Source of the DNA: Promethearchaeota archaeon
Lineage (GTDB): Archaea > Asgardarchaeota > Lokiarchaeia > Sigyniarchaeales > SOKP01
Length of the DNA: 15,495 bases
Direction of reading: 5' to 3'
Assembly (NCBI GenBank): GCA_008080735.1
Contig: SHMW01000094.1
Location: 1-15,495 of the forward strand
Shown here: positions 15,267-15,495 of the stretch, one piece after another
Layout of the letters: the number at the start of each line of letters is the position of its first letter
How positions within the stretch are numbered: position 1 is the stretch's first letter
Notes under the pieces: generated by a model
What the model was told of the DNA's origin: nothing
Databases searched by the model: none
What the model saw: the letters and a program-made list of their open reading frames with translations, nothing else
Made by a program: the position numbers and the translations under genes

Positions 15267-15495
15267 CTTACTTACCTTAGTATTGAATAAATTAGATAAT
15301 TAATAATCCTAAATGTAAAATACTTAGATAAATGAATTGTGGAAATTTTAAATTTTTTTGGATGATATGGAGATCATTTATAATTAGAGAAAATAACATA
15401 TTTATTATGAAAATACAGATTCTAAATCTTAGAAGAATTATCGAAATTCTTTTATATATAGAATGAAAATATAATATATTCTCTAATTATAAATA

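Noticed and set aside
11994-15303. ORFs 11994-12212 (-), 13365-13559 (-) and 14944-15303 (+)
   Set aside because: Antisense shadows of better-supported genes.
1-15495. CRISPR arrays, tRNA/rRNA genes, IS elements
   Set aside because: No regularly spaced repeats, no GC-rich structured RNA segments, and no transposase-like ORF or convincing terminal inverted repeats seen by eye.

Overview
AT-rich archaeal genomic window, most consistent with an Asgard archaeon (Lokiarchaeia/Promethearchaeia-like). This is inferred from an archaeal-type L10e/uL16 gene, TATA-like promoters, GrpE, a URO-D-like protein and low GC, and was not verified by search. About 16 credible CDS; no tRNA, rRNA, CRISPR or transposase seen. 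The core is a four-gene adenosylcobalamin mutase operon (6861-10747): large subunit, B12-binding small subunit, MeaB GTPase chaperone and an uncharacterised Cys-rich Rossmann-fold protein. The large subunit has Phe76 and Gln194, the isobutyryl-CoA mutase signature, rather than the Tyr/Arg of methylmalonyl-CoA mutase. Also notable: an orphan MSMEG_0568/Nit1C-type radical SAM enzyme just upstream, an ADP-forming acyl-CoA synthetase alpha homolog lacking its phospho-His loop, a wHTH-CDF fusion that appears truncated, a tail-anchored half-LIM-like zinc-finger microprotein, a C-terminally extended uL16 and a grpE without adjacent dnaK/dnaJ.
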